A stretch of DNA of 64,000 nt from Antedon mediterranea (Eukaryota; Animalia; Echinodermata): positions 8,990,001 through 9,054,000 of the forward strand of contig NC_092674.1 in NCBI RefSeq assembly GCF_964355755.1, read 5' to 3'. Positions 13,935 through 24,540 of this stretch are shown piece by piece. Numbering within the stretch: position 1 is the first letter of the stretch; the number at the start of each line of letters is the position of its first letter. Position numbers and translations under genes: made by a program. The notes beneath the pieces were generated by a model that was not told the DNA's origin, made no database searches, and saw nothing but the letters and a program-made list of their open reading frames with translations.

Positions 13935-14111
13935 CTTCATACAATGCATTTGTGTTGCAACGGTTCTAATGACTGCGGTTGAGAACACGGCAGGTGGTGT
14001 CATGCGAACTTCATGGGATGGTGGGCCAGCTAAATTCAGTGGTTGGCCGTCTCCTCCACCAGAAGATGACCCATCAGATAAAAGTAATGCCAAACAAATG
14101 TTTAGCAAAGA
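13935..14111 (-). CDS. UNC80: UNC80 exon
   Basis: SLLNICLALLLSD...PPAVFSTAVIRTVATQMHCMK. Confidence 0.93.
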
Positions 14112-14637
14112 CTAAGAAAAATAAAACAATTAAGTAAAATCGCAATTAATTTGGCAACCCCTTTGAAATCAGTAAAGATGATAACGAGGTGCCACTAGAT
14201 TACATAGCTATTGAGCCAAAAGTCCTCCTGCTAAATGTTTCTGAGTGTGTCATGGAATGTAAAGAAATGAAATTACGCTAATGTTGCATAAGACAAACAG
14301 TAAATGTTTTAAATTTTACAATGACTGGTTCAACTCTCTCTTCTCTTGTTTAATAATCAACATTTTCTGGAGAGTGGGATATGAATGATGATTAAAATTA
14401 AATACAAAGTACAAGCCCATAGTCATATTTACAGGAGATTCCTTTCCACACACTTTTTCTTCAAAAGGACACTTTTTCTACAAAAGGTCACTTTCTGTAT
14501 AAAAGGGCACTTCAAAGAAAACCGGCAAAAATCGTCATAATCATATATGTCTCTAGTTTGAAATTGGCATTTCAAGAAAAATGTGGTTCGTTCAAACTCC
14601 CCTGGCTAAAGGCTTGTAAATTTAATCATAAGCTTAC

Positions 14638-14733
14638 CCTTAGATTTGGTAGATGTGCAATGATGCTCTTACGTTGCAGCGCTATGTAAATTCCTTTCAA
14701 AAAGTTTGCAGCTGATTCCCAATCAATAAGCCG
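14638..14733 (-). CDS. UNC80: UNC80 exon
   Basis: RLIDWESAANFLKGIYIALQRKSIIAHLPNLR. Confidence 0.94.
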
Positions 14734-14963
14734 CTATAAAAAAAAACATTCATGTTTTGTTAACTAAAATAAGGTACCATCATCCGTTTTTGACAAAGAG
14801 TCATTCAAACCAAGATTTGAACTCTGGTGTTAATCTAGATATTCACCTAGACACCTTTACTTATAGTGTGTGGTCAAAACCAGAAAAACTGTAAAAATTG
14901 TAAAGAGAACTTAAATAAAAGATGCTAAACTCCAGTTTGTTGAGTTATTACAACAATACCTAC

Positions 14964-15087
14964 CATAAGTGCTGGTTTTTTATTGATTTTTGTAAACAGT
15001 TTGTCAAGTCTTCGTAGAATTAATGTAAGCGCTGGCCGCAGATCTTCATTGTACCAATCCACAATTGGAATCATTTTGGTAATGTAT
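14964..15087 (-). CDS. UNC80: UNC80 exon
   Basis: YITKMIPIVDWYNEDLRPALTLILRRLDKLFTKINKKPALM. Confidence 0.95.
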
Positions 15088-15381
15088 CTGAAGCAAAAGA
15101 GCAAAATTGTGAATCCTGTGATAATCCCTACCATGGGTGGTTTAAAAAGGTCTGTTGCAAAAAACAGACACGATACAATGCCAGAAGAACATTGGCCAAA
15201 GAAGAACAATTATAGTGGGGTTACTTGTTAAAATCAAGTGTATATTTTTGTGTTTTACTTCTGATTCCGTTTCTTATTGTCAATAACAGAACAAGCATTT
15301 AGTAAAAATATAAGTTACCCATTTTTAGATATTGCTGGATTGTGAGTGTTGAATGTATTATAAAACATAAACAGTACTTAC

Positions 15382-15461
15382 TTTTGAAGGCCTTTGCATC
15401 CCATGGTAACTGGATCATGTGGTACTACTTTTAGTAGGCAGCAGGCTATCTCTGCTAACCT
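15382..15461 (-). CDS. UNC80: UNC80 exon
   Basis: RLAEIACCLLKVVPHDPVTMGCKGLQ. Confidence 0.94.
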
Positions 15462-15499
15462 CTGAAAAAACAACATCAAACAGTGACTTTTAGTTGGCT

Positions 15500-15720
15500 G
15501 TAGGCCTAATGCATCTGAAGTCACCACTCTTCCAGTCAACCTTTCCATAGAGCTGGGATTTACCGGAAGATCGGAGTTATAGCTCCCTAATCTTTCAAAA
15601 AATGTAATGGGCTTTTTTATGGGACCTTCAGTTTACAGTCCTTATTCTACCACAAGAGCTATTGTCAAGAGAACTGAAGAACGTTTCTGACATCTTGCTT
15701 TTACAGCTTGGTCACTGAAA
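15500..15720 (-). mobile_element. Deu-domain-like SINE fragment
   Basis: Reverse strand reads ATAAGGACTGTAAACTGAAGGTCCC...AAAAGCCCATTACATTTTTTGAAAGATTAGGG, resembling the recalled DeuSINE core. Confidence 0.5.
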
Positions 15721-15755
15721 GTTATACATCTAACCAACTAGTCAACAATACTTAC

Positions 15756-15951
15756 AAAATGACAACGTTGATCAAAGATATCTGGTCCCTGTGCAGTCAA
15801 TCGTAGCTCTTTTGAACGTTGTACGCTATGAGCAAAGAACTGAGAGACAAGGCTTAGCAACATGTCTCGAGGTTTACGGTACTCATTCATGGCCTCGATG
15901 TCATCTGAACCCTCTTCTGAGTATTGCATATTTACATGCTCATAATTATAT
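15756..15951 (-). CDS. UNC80: UNC80 exon
   Basis: YNYEH...EYRKPRDMLLSLVSQF...DIFDQRCHF. Confidence 0.93.
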
Positions 15952-16321
15952 CTAAGTAAACAAAAAATAATTAATTTCAAAATAGTGGACATGGAAAAAA
16001 AATAATGGATGGAGGAAAGAAAATACAGTAGTAAGTTCCAACGGACAGAAATACATGACAAAAATCTGTTTATATTGACACGGAACCTACTACTTGTACA
16101 TATATTACATTACCTACAATACTGTACCTGCTGGTTGCAGCTCATAGTAGGTGAAATAGGTTGTTGAAAGAACACAAGTCAAGTAAACAACATGGTATTT
16201 TCTTTCATATCATTCAAGAGACTGTAACTCCTTTACTGAACTTAAACTAGACAAGACAAGAAGGCAGTCAATTTTAACACTATTATTAATTAAACTTACT
16301 GCGCTAGATGTTTCCTCTTAC

Positions 16322-16495
16322 CTAATTTTAAAATCTTCACGTAACTCTTCCTCCACTGCTTGACCGACACTTTGAGGGATCATTACTAACTTCTTGGACT
16401 GTTTTCGTAATGAAGTCGATCGAGAATGAGAAGAACTCTTGAAACTAGCTGCTGTGTTTAAAGAATCTGTCTTTCTGCTTGGGCCATTTGTGCCT
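16322..16495 (-). CDS. UNC80: UNC80 exon
   Basis: GTNGPSRKTDSLNT...EEELREDFKI; phase 2-2. Confidence 0.88.
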
Positions 16496-16620
16496 CTGTT
16501 AAAAAGATTTCAGTTAAAAGTATTCCAATTTATTATATGCAGAAAAAAAACAAATCAAATAAAAACTAAACTAAAAAAAAAAAAAACTAAACGCCTGAAT
16601 ACTAATATATTTCAACAAAC

Positions 16621-16784
16621 CTTGAGATTGCCTCAGCACCAACTATAAGCGCCCTCACACAGACAGCCATCTCTTTGATGACCTTAGCCTCTGCTCTAGC
16701 TGATTGCGCTGTTGGGTTATCATACGGGACAGTCTGTGACTGGATGTGTTCAAGGTATAGTGGTATAATTGCATCTAACACACT
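16621..16784 (-). CDS. UNC80: UNC80 exon
   Basis: SVLDAIIPLYLEHIQ...ALIVGAEAIS; phase 0-2. Confidence 0.93.
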
Positions 16785-17138
16785 CTGAAGAAAAAACACA
16801 GTTTAAAGATTCAATAAACTTGGTTGTTATTCACGAAAGAACCATTGTCCTTAGCTTAGGTAGCGCTGCTCTATTTTTACAACAGAAAAACCTTCATATA
16901 TGAATGAGGTTCAAATAGGTAATAGGACGTGGTGTGGTGACAGAACATAGAATAAAATAATGATAGGAAGAATGTAAGTGGACTAAGTTTTAAGCATGGA
17001 ATGTGGTAAGTCATGATGAACTATTGAAATTGAAAGTTGATAATGAATTCAATATTAAGCTCGAGCTCTTACAGTAGAACAATAATGTTAATCAACTGCT
17101 GGTAACTTTACTTGAAGTTGCAAGAAGTATATACTTAC

Positions 17139-17255
17139 CAGCATCTGAGCACTTCTGCTAGTCTCTGGTGAGTACGCTACCACGACAACACAAAGTCTGA
17201 TAGCTTCTAAGATTGAGAATTCATTGGACTGATCATTACCACTGTAGATAAAATC
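17139..17255 (-). CDS. UNC80: UNC80 exon
   Basis: DFIYSGNDQSNEFSILEAIRLCVVVVAYSPETSRSAQML. Confidence 0.95.
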
Positions 17256-17465
17256 CTAAAAAAAGCAAAAACAAAACAGAACATAAAAGGAGCCAATTTG
17301 TGAGTGGTTTAAAGTCAGCATACAGTTGTGGGCTTTTATATGTGGTACACGATTCAAAGTTTCCAGTTTGTATTTTGGAAAACTGTGTGTTACTTGCAGT
17401 CAGTTGCATTAGTGTATGTTGAGTTGAGTTGAAATCTCTGTGTCGAAAAGTTTAATTGAACAAAC

Positions 17466-17585
17466 CAAGGTTTTGAGCGGTTTTTCTCCGGTAACAAGTT
17501 CCATGATGTCTAAAATTCCATCTAGAGGTTCCTCACAATGGCCTTCTAGTGACAACAACAGTTTAAACAAGCATCGAGCAGATAC
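17466..17585 (-). CDS. UNC80: UNC80 exon
   Basis: VSARCLFKLLLSLEG...LDIMELVTGEKPLKTL. Confidence 0.94.
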
Positions 17586-17958
17586 CTGTCAACAAATACA
17601 AATACCCCAAGTTATACGAATGGCCAACCAGAAATTTAACTGAAATTAATGGATAAACAATAGACAAACTTCAAACACATGGATTCACCGTTTGACATGA
17701 TGAAGGTAAAATGAGTAACAAGCACATTTTTTATGATAAAATGCATTTTTAGCAAAGGTAAATCACACAAGATTTTTCTCTTTTGTGAAGATTTTTTGGC
17801 ACCCCGGCAAATTGGCTAGAGATATTTGATGGTCTGATTGATTGAATGACTATATACATCCTTGTTATGACCGACTATACTGTACTGCATAGTATAGTTG
17901 GTGTATACAAACATTTAAAATTTAGCAGTGTACAGAGTCAATAAACTTTTCTGTCTAC

Positions 17959-18039
17959 CTTTCCTGGAGGCACTGGTGCCATTTGTGTGTGACAATTTGG
18001 TTTCTCCACAATCAGTAAGGGAGCAGCACTTCCAAACAT
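17959..18039 (-). CDS. UNC80: UNC80 exon
   Basis: MFGSAAPLLIVEKPNCHTQMAPVPPGK. Confidence 0.92.
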
Positions 18040-18148
18040 CTAGCAAAAAATAAGACAGCAAAGTTACATTTTCTAATACAAATCAAAAAACTACATTATC
18101 TGTATAAATATACTCATAATTTTGTCAAAATGATTCCAATCAACATAC

Positions 18149-18199
18149 CTGGAGTATAAAAGGTTTCATGTGTAGTTTGTAGAACTGTTTACATGTATA
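18149..18199 (-). CDS. UNC80: UNC80 exon (51 nt)
   Basis: YTCKQFYKLHMKPFILQ. Confidence 0.94.
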
Positions 18200-18319
18200 C
18201 TAAAACAAGAATAAATAAAATTAATGTTACATAAATCAAATGTGTGTTTTCAGTTTCAATAATAATAAATATATCATTTTTTTACAAATATTGGAGTATC
18301 ATAAATAAATTCAAGTGAA

Positions 18320-18537
18320 CCTTGCAACCCGATTTCAACTACCACCACTGAACTAATGAAACTTTCTGCTAAGTTTAAATACGGTAGTTGAAAAGAATTT
18401 ACGTTCTTTTGAACTTCTGATTTTTTAGGAAGTCTGTTGGAGATTCTATAAGCAATTCGTGTAGTGTTTAGCGATTGTGGTTGAAAGTTAATTTGGATAT
18501 TTATGCAATTTTAGTTAGTTCCAATCGGGTAGCAAGG
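18320..18537. mobile_element. MITE
   Basis: TIRs ccttgcaacccgatt / aatcgggtagcaagg. Confidence 0.7.
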
Positions 18538-19121
18538 GCAATACACATTTTAAAAGAATCCACTAGTCTACCAATAGTACAAAGTATGAACTAAGCATGC
18601 ATATGATTGCGATAGAAAATGAAGAAGGTCACATATACAATTGCTTCATGCTTGATGCAGCTAAATCTAAAGAAATATTCTTAATCACATAAACAAAATA
18701 ATTATAAACTAACATGAATTCTATAGACACAGTCTAAGATCGATATAAACCTTCTAATCTTCATGGATAATAAAGATGGATGGATAACATTATATTTAAC
18801 ATTTTAGCCTTGTTTGAGGGCAATAACAAAAAATCTAACAATTATTAAGCTAAATATTACATATCACAAAGTGGACCAAAGGTGTGTAATAAAATATCAG
18901 TGCTCTAAGTTAACTTTGCTTTCAAGTCCTGTTAACATAAATATATATTTATAAAGTAATTACTAAGATAAAATCATTCTAATTTAGCAAAAAATGTACT
19001 AACAATTTTTTTTTTTTCAAATTATTTTTGTCTCCAATTATACAGTACATAATACTATACAATACATTATGTTAAACAATTAGCAGACGACGACTAAATG
19101 CAATGAAGCATGCAATGATAC

Positions 19122-19200
19122 CTCAATGGCGCAACGTGTAACAGAGCTTGTGTAGTATAAAGAATGAGCGCGAAACAAGGTGGGTAGTAGTAGATGATAT
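19122..19200 (-). CDS. UNC80: UNC80 mutually exclusive exon, downstream copy (79 nt)
   Basis: (G)YHLLLPTLFRAHSLYYTSSVTRCAIE; cag/gtatc; same length and phase as 20784-20862. Confidence 0.82.
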
Positions 19201-19328
19201 CTGTGTATGAGAAATAAAACAAATGCGCATCTATGTCAATTTCTTGTAACCTCTAGTGTGTAACTTATACTTAACTAAATGATAGCAATATTTTGGTTAG
19301 TGCCACAGTTCAGAGCTGTTGAGCCTAT

Positions 19329-19485
19329 GCGTGGTTCCTACTTGGACGCAACGCAAGGTCGTAACCGCACTGCAAGTAAATTGTCCAATTTTGACGTGAT
19401 GGACCATCACAACTGTCACTGTGATTGATCAACTCACTTGTGTTGAGCTTTTGTACTTGTGTTGTGCCCTAGTGGGAACCAAGCT
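19329..19485. mobile_element. PIF/Harbinger-like MITE (related inverted copy near 49810-49930)
   Basis: TIRs tggttcctacttggacgcaacgcaag / cttgtgttgtgccctagtgggaacca. Confidence 0.65.
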
Positions 19486-20783
19486 TAACGGAAAAACACG
19501 AGCACGACATTTTAACAACTGCATTGTCGTGTGATATATTGTTAACAAAAATGTCCATTTCAAAACAAGATCAACTTACTAGGATTGTTGTGCTTTTAAA
19601 ATTGAATAAAACTGTAAATTATTTTTTCACAGGTGTGCAAAAACAGGATGACATTTAAACGGCTCCATTTTTTACACATCAAATTATATTTACTAGTGAG
19701 TGATCATTCTATATTTTCTTACATGTTCTTCTAACAAAGTGTTATTCTCCTGGCATACAAACAAGATATTGGTTGTTTTTTTTTTTTTTTAATATTTCAA
19801 GTACAGGTACTAAAAAATGAGAACACATCTTCTCTATTCAGGGAGGTAAAATACCCTCTGCTATAATCAACTTAGATGATGACACTATTAGTTGTTTACA
19901 AATGGATCTTACACTGTGATGCTTTTGGATTATACATCTGTTCTTAATTACTGTAATTTAAATGTGATAATACATTTAACATTTGCTGGCACAATGTCTC
20001 TCCTATAGAATCAGTTTTTAATGTGACAGACTGCATAGACCAAATTGAATCTGTTTTATAAGTTGAAATAACCAAGAATCTTAAAATAAAAGATGAAATG
20101 ACATGGGATGAAAATCACAATCTGAAAATGATGGAAGAAGCATGAACAGATGCAATGATTCTGATTGGACGCACAAGAGTAATAATCACTCAAACCATCT
20201 TTAACCAATCGCAGCAATGCAGGGTAAACCACATGACTTACTTAATGAGTGGAAGAATTTATTAATAACTCATTTATTAACACTTTCTTTACCTTTGCAT
20301 ATTAATTAGATCCAATACATCATTTGCATATTAACAATTTAGTCTAACCTCATTCATCCAGCTTGGTTAAATGTATTATTTATTTATTTTATTTACATCA
20401 TTAGCATTTTGGAGTAACACATTATTTGCATAGAAATTAGGTGTGAACATCATTTGCATATAATTGTGTTACTGATGATGAATGAACATATATATATTTC
20501 ATACCTTTTCGGCAAAAAAAAGAATTATTGCATTGAAACCTCATTCAAATGTTTCATTAATTTGAATTTGGACTAAAATTTGTAAAAATTAGTAAATTAA
20601 ACTCAGGTCATAAGTCATGTGATCAAAAATGGTTAGACATTAATTCTATCTGTGCACTAAATGTGTACCTCTTCTTTAATTAGTATGTGTAAAAGTAAAG
20701 AATGGTGAATGACAGAAGCAAGCTAATTTGAATACAGGTGGCTGAAATTTGTAAAATGCTAGTGGAAGAAACAGGCAATCTAC

Positions 20784-20862
20784 CTCAATGGCACTGGTTA
20801 CCATGGGGTTACAGTTATAAGCAGAGTAGATCCGCATAATTGTAGGCATTGTGCTTTGGTAT
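20784..20862 (-). CDS. UNC80: UNC80 mutually exclusive exon, upstream copy (79 nt)
   Basis: (G)YQSTMPTIMRIYSAYNCNPMVTSAIE; ttcag/gtagat; phase 2-0. Confidence 0.9.
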
Positions 20863-21556
20863 CTGAAAATGATCATCCTCAATAAAATCATTTTGTGTAG
20901 GGAACATGTTAAAATTTATTCTACTGCAGTAACTAAAATTTGTACTGCAATAATTGATTTAATTTGTTTCAATGACGATTATGAAGCAGTCACAGTGTAT
21001 ATGACTACCAAAATTTAATAAATAATGGAAATTGTTAAAAGGAAAACTTGTAGTTACTGCAGTAGAATACATTGATGATCCCTTAGGAAAGAGTCGACCA
21101 ATAAACCTCTACTACGGAAGTGTTTTTGTACACCAACACAATCCTCCAAGCTCTCAAAATCAATCATTGAAAATCAGTAAATCTTTGAATCAAAAAATCT
21201 GTTAAATTGATGAAAAAATTATAAAATCTGTAATGTATAAATATTTGTTTACAAAGAAAATTTATACATCGAGATCATGTTCTTTACCATCTAAATATAT
21301 TGGTATACAAAGTTCAACAATTTAACACCCTTATCTCTGTATTGTATCTCCACATATTGCATGTGCAGTATCATAGGAACATTATGTGAAAACAGTGTCA
21401 CATATTTATCACATCTGTAGTATGTTAACTTAGGATAAGTTTATGGGTACGACGTATTACATGCAATAAATATGCGACACTGTATAACAGAATTTGCATA
21501 TGATACTGTACAAATTATAAAAACAGTACACAAATCAAGTAAATTGAAAGTCTTAC

Positions 21557-21741
21557 CCCTTGGTAGCAAAAATCTGTTTAAAATGTTTTGCTATATTAAT
21601 ATATGTAGCAAGGCAAACTCGCAATAAGGACATGTCCTCGCAATGCAGTAATAGAGCACCATTAATGACGTTTAGGAAAAGCTGCATGTCAGCTCCCCAT
21701 GCAAAATCTGGAGACATGTTGCTGAACATAGTTGAAATCAA
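21557..21741 (-). CDS. UNC80: UNC80 exon
   Basis: LISTMFS...LFLNVINGALLLHCED...HFKQIFATK; ends phase 2. Confidence 0.95.
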
Positions 21742-22198
21742 CTAAAACAAAAATGAATTAAATAGCATGCACTTGTTAAATTTAAATTGGTATAATTCAT
21801 GTTTAATTAGAAATACAATAGGCTCACCACAGCCATGTAATATTGTCATGATTAAATAGAACCTCGAAAAACATTATAGTAAGGATCTTTGAAACATTTA
21901 AAGCTTTATTTTTTCCCTGCCAATTTTATATCACTCGACTTGTTCCTTGATATTTTCCATCTTGTCGACTTTGCTCCTCTGACAAATCATTGCTATCTGT
22001 TTCCTGTTTCCAAACTAAAACTTATATTGGATGCATCCTCTATTTGGAACAAATTTCTACTTTTTTTAAACTTTCATGGATATTTATTATTTTAAAACTC
22101 ATTTATTTAATCTAGTCCAATTTAGGAGTAGTGTTCAAAACTTTTGTTTGATTTTGTTTTCCAAATAAAAAAAAGAAAGTTTATTCTACTGTTCTTAC

Positions 22199-22243
22199 CT
22201 TAACCCATTGGAGTTTATGAATGACATCCAATCCAAACAATTC
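22199..22243 (-). CDS. UNC80: UNC80 exon (45 nt)
   Basis: ELFGLDVIHKLQWVK. Confidence 0.93.
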
Positions 22244-22630
22244 CTATAAACAAATGTTATTAGTATGAAATCCATTAAAAATGATAATAATAACTCAGTA
22301 CACAATTAGTAGCAAAAAGATTTAATAGCACCCTACAGTAGCTTAAACTGAAAATGATAAACAGTTCACGCTATATCAGTTTCTTTAGGAATGAATGAGT
22401 AATAAAGTATCCTGATCCAGACCAAAGTGTTAGGAATTTATTCAATATCATCAGACCAAAGTGGGTTGGTCTGTTGGCCAATTTGGAGCAGTCTATAAAA
22501 TTTTATGGAAGGATCGGCAAGAGCTGTTAAAGATATTTTCTGCACGGACAAAGAAAATGGGTTAAATATAACCAGACTGAGGTATGATTATATTACAAAT
22601 GTTCTATATCAACATAAATATATTGATTAC

Positions 22631-22741
22631 CTTTCCAAGAGCTGGACTTCTATAAAGATCAAACTCTGCATCCAATGCTTTACGAGGAAATGATGGTAAC
22701 CTCATCAGTTCACCATGAAGGAATGCTATATGAACTGGCAT
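22631..22741 (-). CDS. UNC80: UNC80 exon
   Basis: MPVHIAFLHGELMRLPSFPRKALDAEFDLYRSPALGK. Confidence 0.95.
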
Positions 22742-23010
22742 CTAAAAAGCAACAAATTGTATACCGACAATGAGCTCGGATAGAAAAAAAAGTGGTTGTT
22801 GAAAACATTTTCCAAGGGCTGTCAGCATTAAAAGAAGAAAAGTCTTGTGTTGCAAAAAATTCTTAACTTACAAAAAGCTCAAGAACCATTTAATTGAACT
22901 TTTACCATGAATTGAAGTACAACAGCTAATACTGAACAGCATGTGATACAAAATTAACCAATCAGATATTCAGTAAGTATATACACTCATGGTATGTTAA
23001 CAGAAGATCA

Positions 23011-23316
23011 GAGTGGAGCTGTGGATTGGTGGTTATGATGCTTGGGTACCAATCTAAGGGTCCTGGGTTCAAGTCCTGTCATATGTCAGGGTTTTTTTCT
23101 CATGACAATTTACAACTCCACTCCCAAAGACTTAATAATAAGTCTTTGTCTATGTAGAGCATCTTGTGTATATATATGTTCTAGTGCAGTATTTGGAGAG
23201 CCATCTCGATAGTGCTTTGCACTCATGGCAATCCTCAGGGTGCTGCACCGGCGGCTGTATTGTCATGTATTGTTGTGCCTGAAAATTGAATAAAATAAAA
23301 AAAAATAAAAATAAAA
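23011..23316 (+). mobile_element. tRNA-derived SINE with A-rich tail
   Basis: A box GTGGATTGGTGG, B box GGTTCAAGTCC, body, tail TTGAATAAAATAAAA. Confidence 0.75.
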
Positions 23317-23328
23317 CAAACAACTAAC

Positions 23329-23528
23329 CTGACTGGGATTTGTGTGACGTAACGTTGACAATGTAAATGAAACTCTTCCGATTTCTGCTAATTTATTTGT
23401 AAATGCTTGTCTCTGTAGTTGTTGTATACCCGACTGGCGACTGAAATACTGCAGCTTAAGTTCAGGACTTTGCATTCGTTTGTACATGTAGAAGTCGCGT
23501 ACGTATGACCGCATAGCTAGCATTTGAT
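23329..23528 (-). CDS. UNC80: UNC80 exon
   Basis: QMLAMRSYVRDFYMYKRMQSPELKL...AFTNKLAEIGRV... Confidence 0.94.
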
Positions 23529-23903
23529 CTAAGTAATAAAAAGTAAATAAAATGTTGCCTATGCTGTAGGACTTTAATCTCATGTCTGTGATGCAGCAAC
23601 AAGGTTGTCGCAAGAAAAGGGAACAATCTGTGCAGACCACAGGAAATGTCAAAAGCTTCTGTCAAAAAGTGGTTAAGTTGAAACATTACCAACCTTACTG
23701 GTGGATACCAGATTGGATACCAGATTGGCAGTACCTATGACAACAGTTCTATATTGTTTTTTTTTATTTTCCACAGCACGACTCGAAAATTACAGTAGGA
23801 TCTTATATGAAGTTTTAGGTAGTGACACTTTATTGACGGTCAGAAAAATCCTGGAGTTTCTAACAGGATTTGAATCAGGGAGCCACAGTACCATTAATAA
23901 ATT

Positions 23904-24256
23904 AATACGGCTTTACCACGTTGAAACACCGGTTCTCGTCAGATCACCGAAGTTAAGCAACGTTGGGCCTGGTTAGAGCTTGGATGGGAGACCATCTGGG
24001 AATAGCGGGTGCTGTATACGGAGCTGGGGTCCCATTAGGCATTTGAAATCAGCACTGCTGACTCTTATGGCAGCCCCTGCATCTAGTATCTGCCTCAGAC
24101 CTCTGGTCAAGGTGGGCACTGGACGAGAGAAGCCCTTGATCAATATCAGGACCAATCAAGGTGCTTTAAACAGGCTTTGTTTGTATCAAACCTGTTAGTG
24201 GCGGTAATTATCGCTGTTGGTTTCGATTGAATAAAATAAAAATAAAAAAATAAAAA
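23904..24256 (+). mobile_element. 5S rRNA-derived SINE (SINE3-type); 5S head about 23904-24019
   Basis: TACGGCTTTACCACGTTGAAACACCGGTTCTCGTCAGATCACCGAAGTTAAGCAACG...TGGATGGGAGACC...GCTGTA closely follows metazoan 5S rRNA, then about 210 bp of unrelated body and an A-rich tail. Confidence 0.82.
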
Positions 24257-24443
24257 TTTGAATTTCGTGTAGGTCTTTATAAGTTCTTATATAAGTTTAA
24301 AAGTAGTTTTTAGTACAAATAATCTGTCAAAAATGGAAAAAAGCAAACTTCAAGAATACTTTTAAGCCCAGATTGTCTCCTGAAGTCAGGGTATCTTGCA
24401 TTCACATATTTAAAAAAAAATGATATCTATATTTAAAACTCAC

Positions 24444-24540
24444 TTGTCTTCTTATCAACAAGAAAATGGCAGGACTGCTGATCTGGAGAGATGTGATAAA
24501 ATTCAAGACAGTCTTCCAAAATCTGATGAAATTGCATGTC
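24444..24540 (-). CDS. UNC80: UNC80 exon
   Basis: DMQFHQILEDCLEFYHISPDQQSCHFLVDKKT; phase 0-1. Confidence 0.93.

Noticed and set aside
23904-24019. Functional 5S rRNA gene
   Set aside because: Solitary copy with substitutions and no T-run terminator, continuing into a body and A-rich tail; treated as a SINE head.
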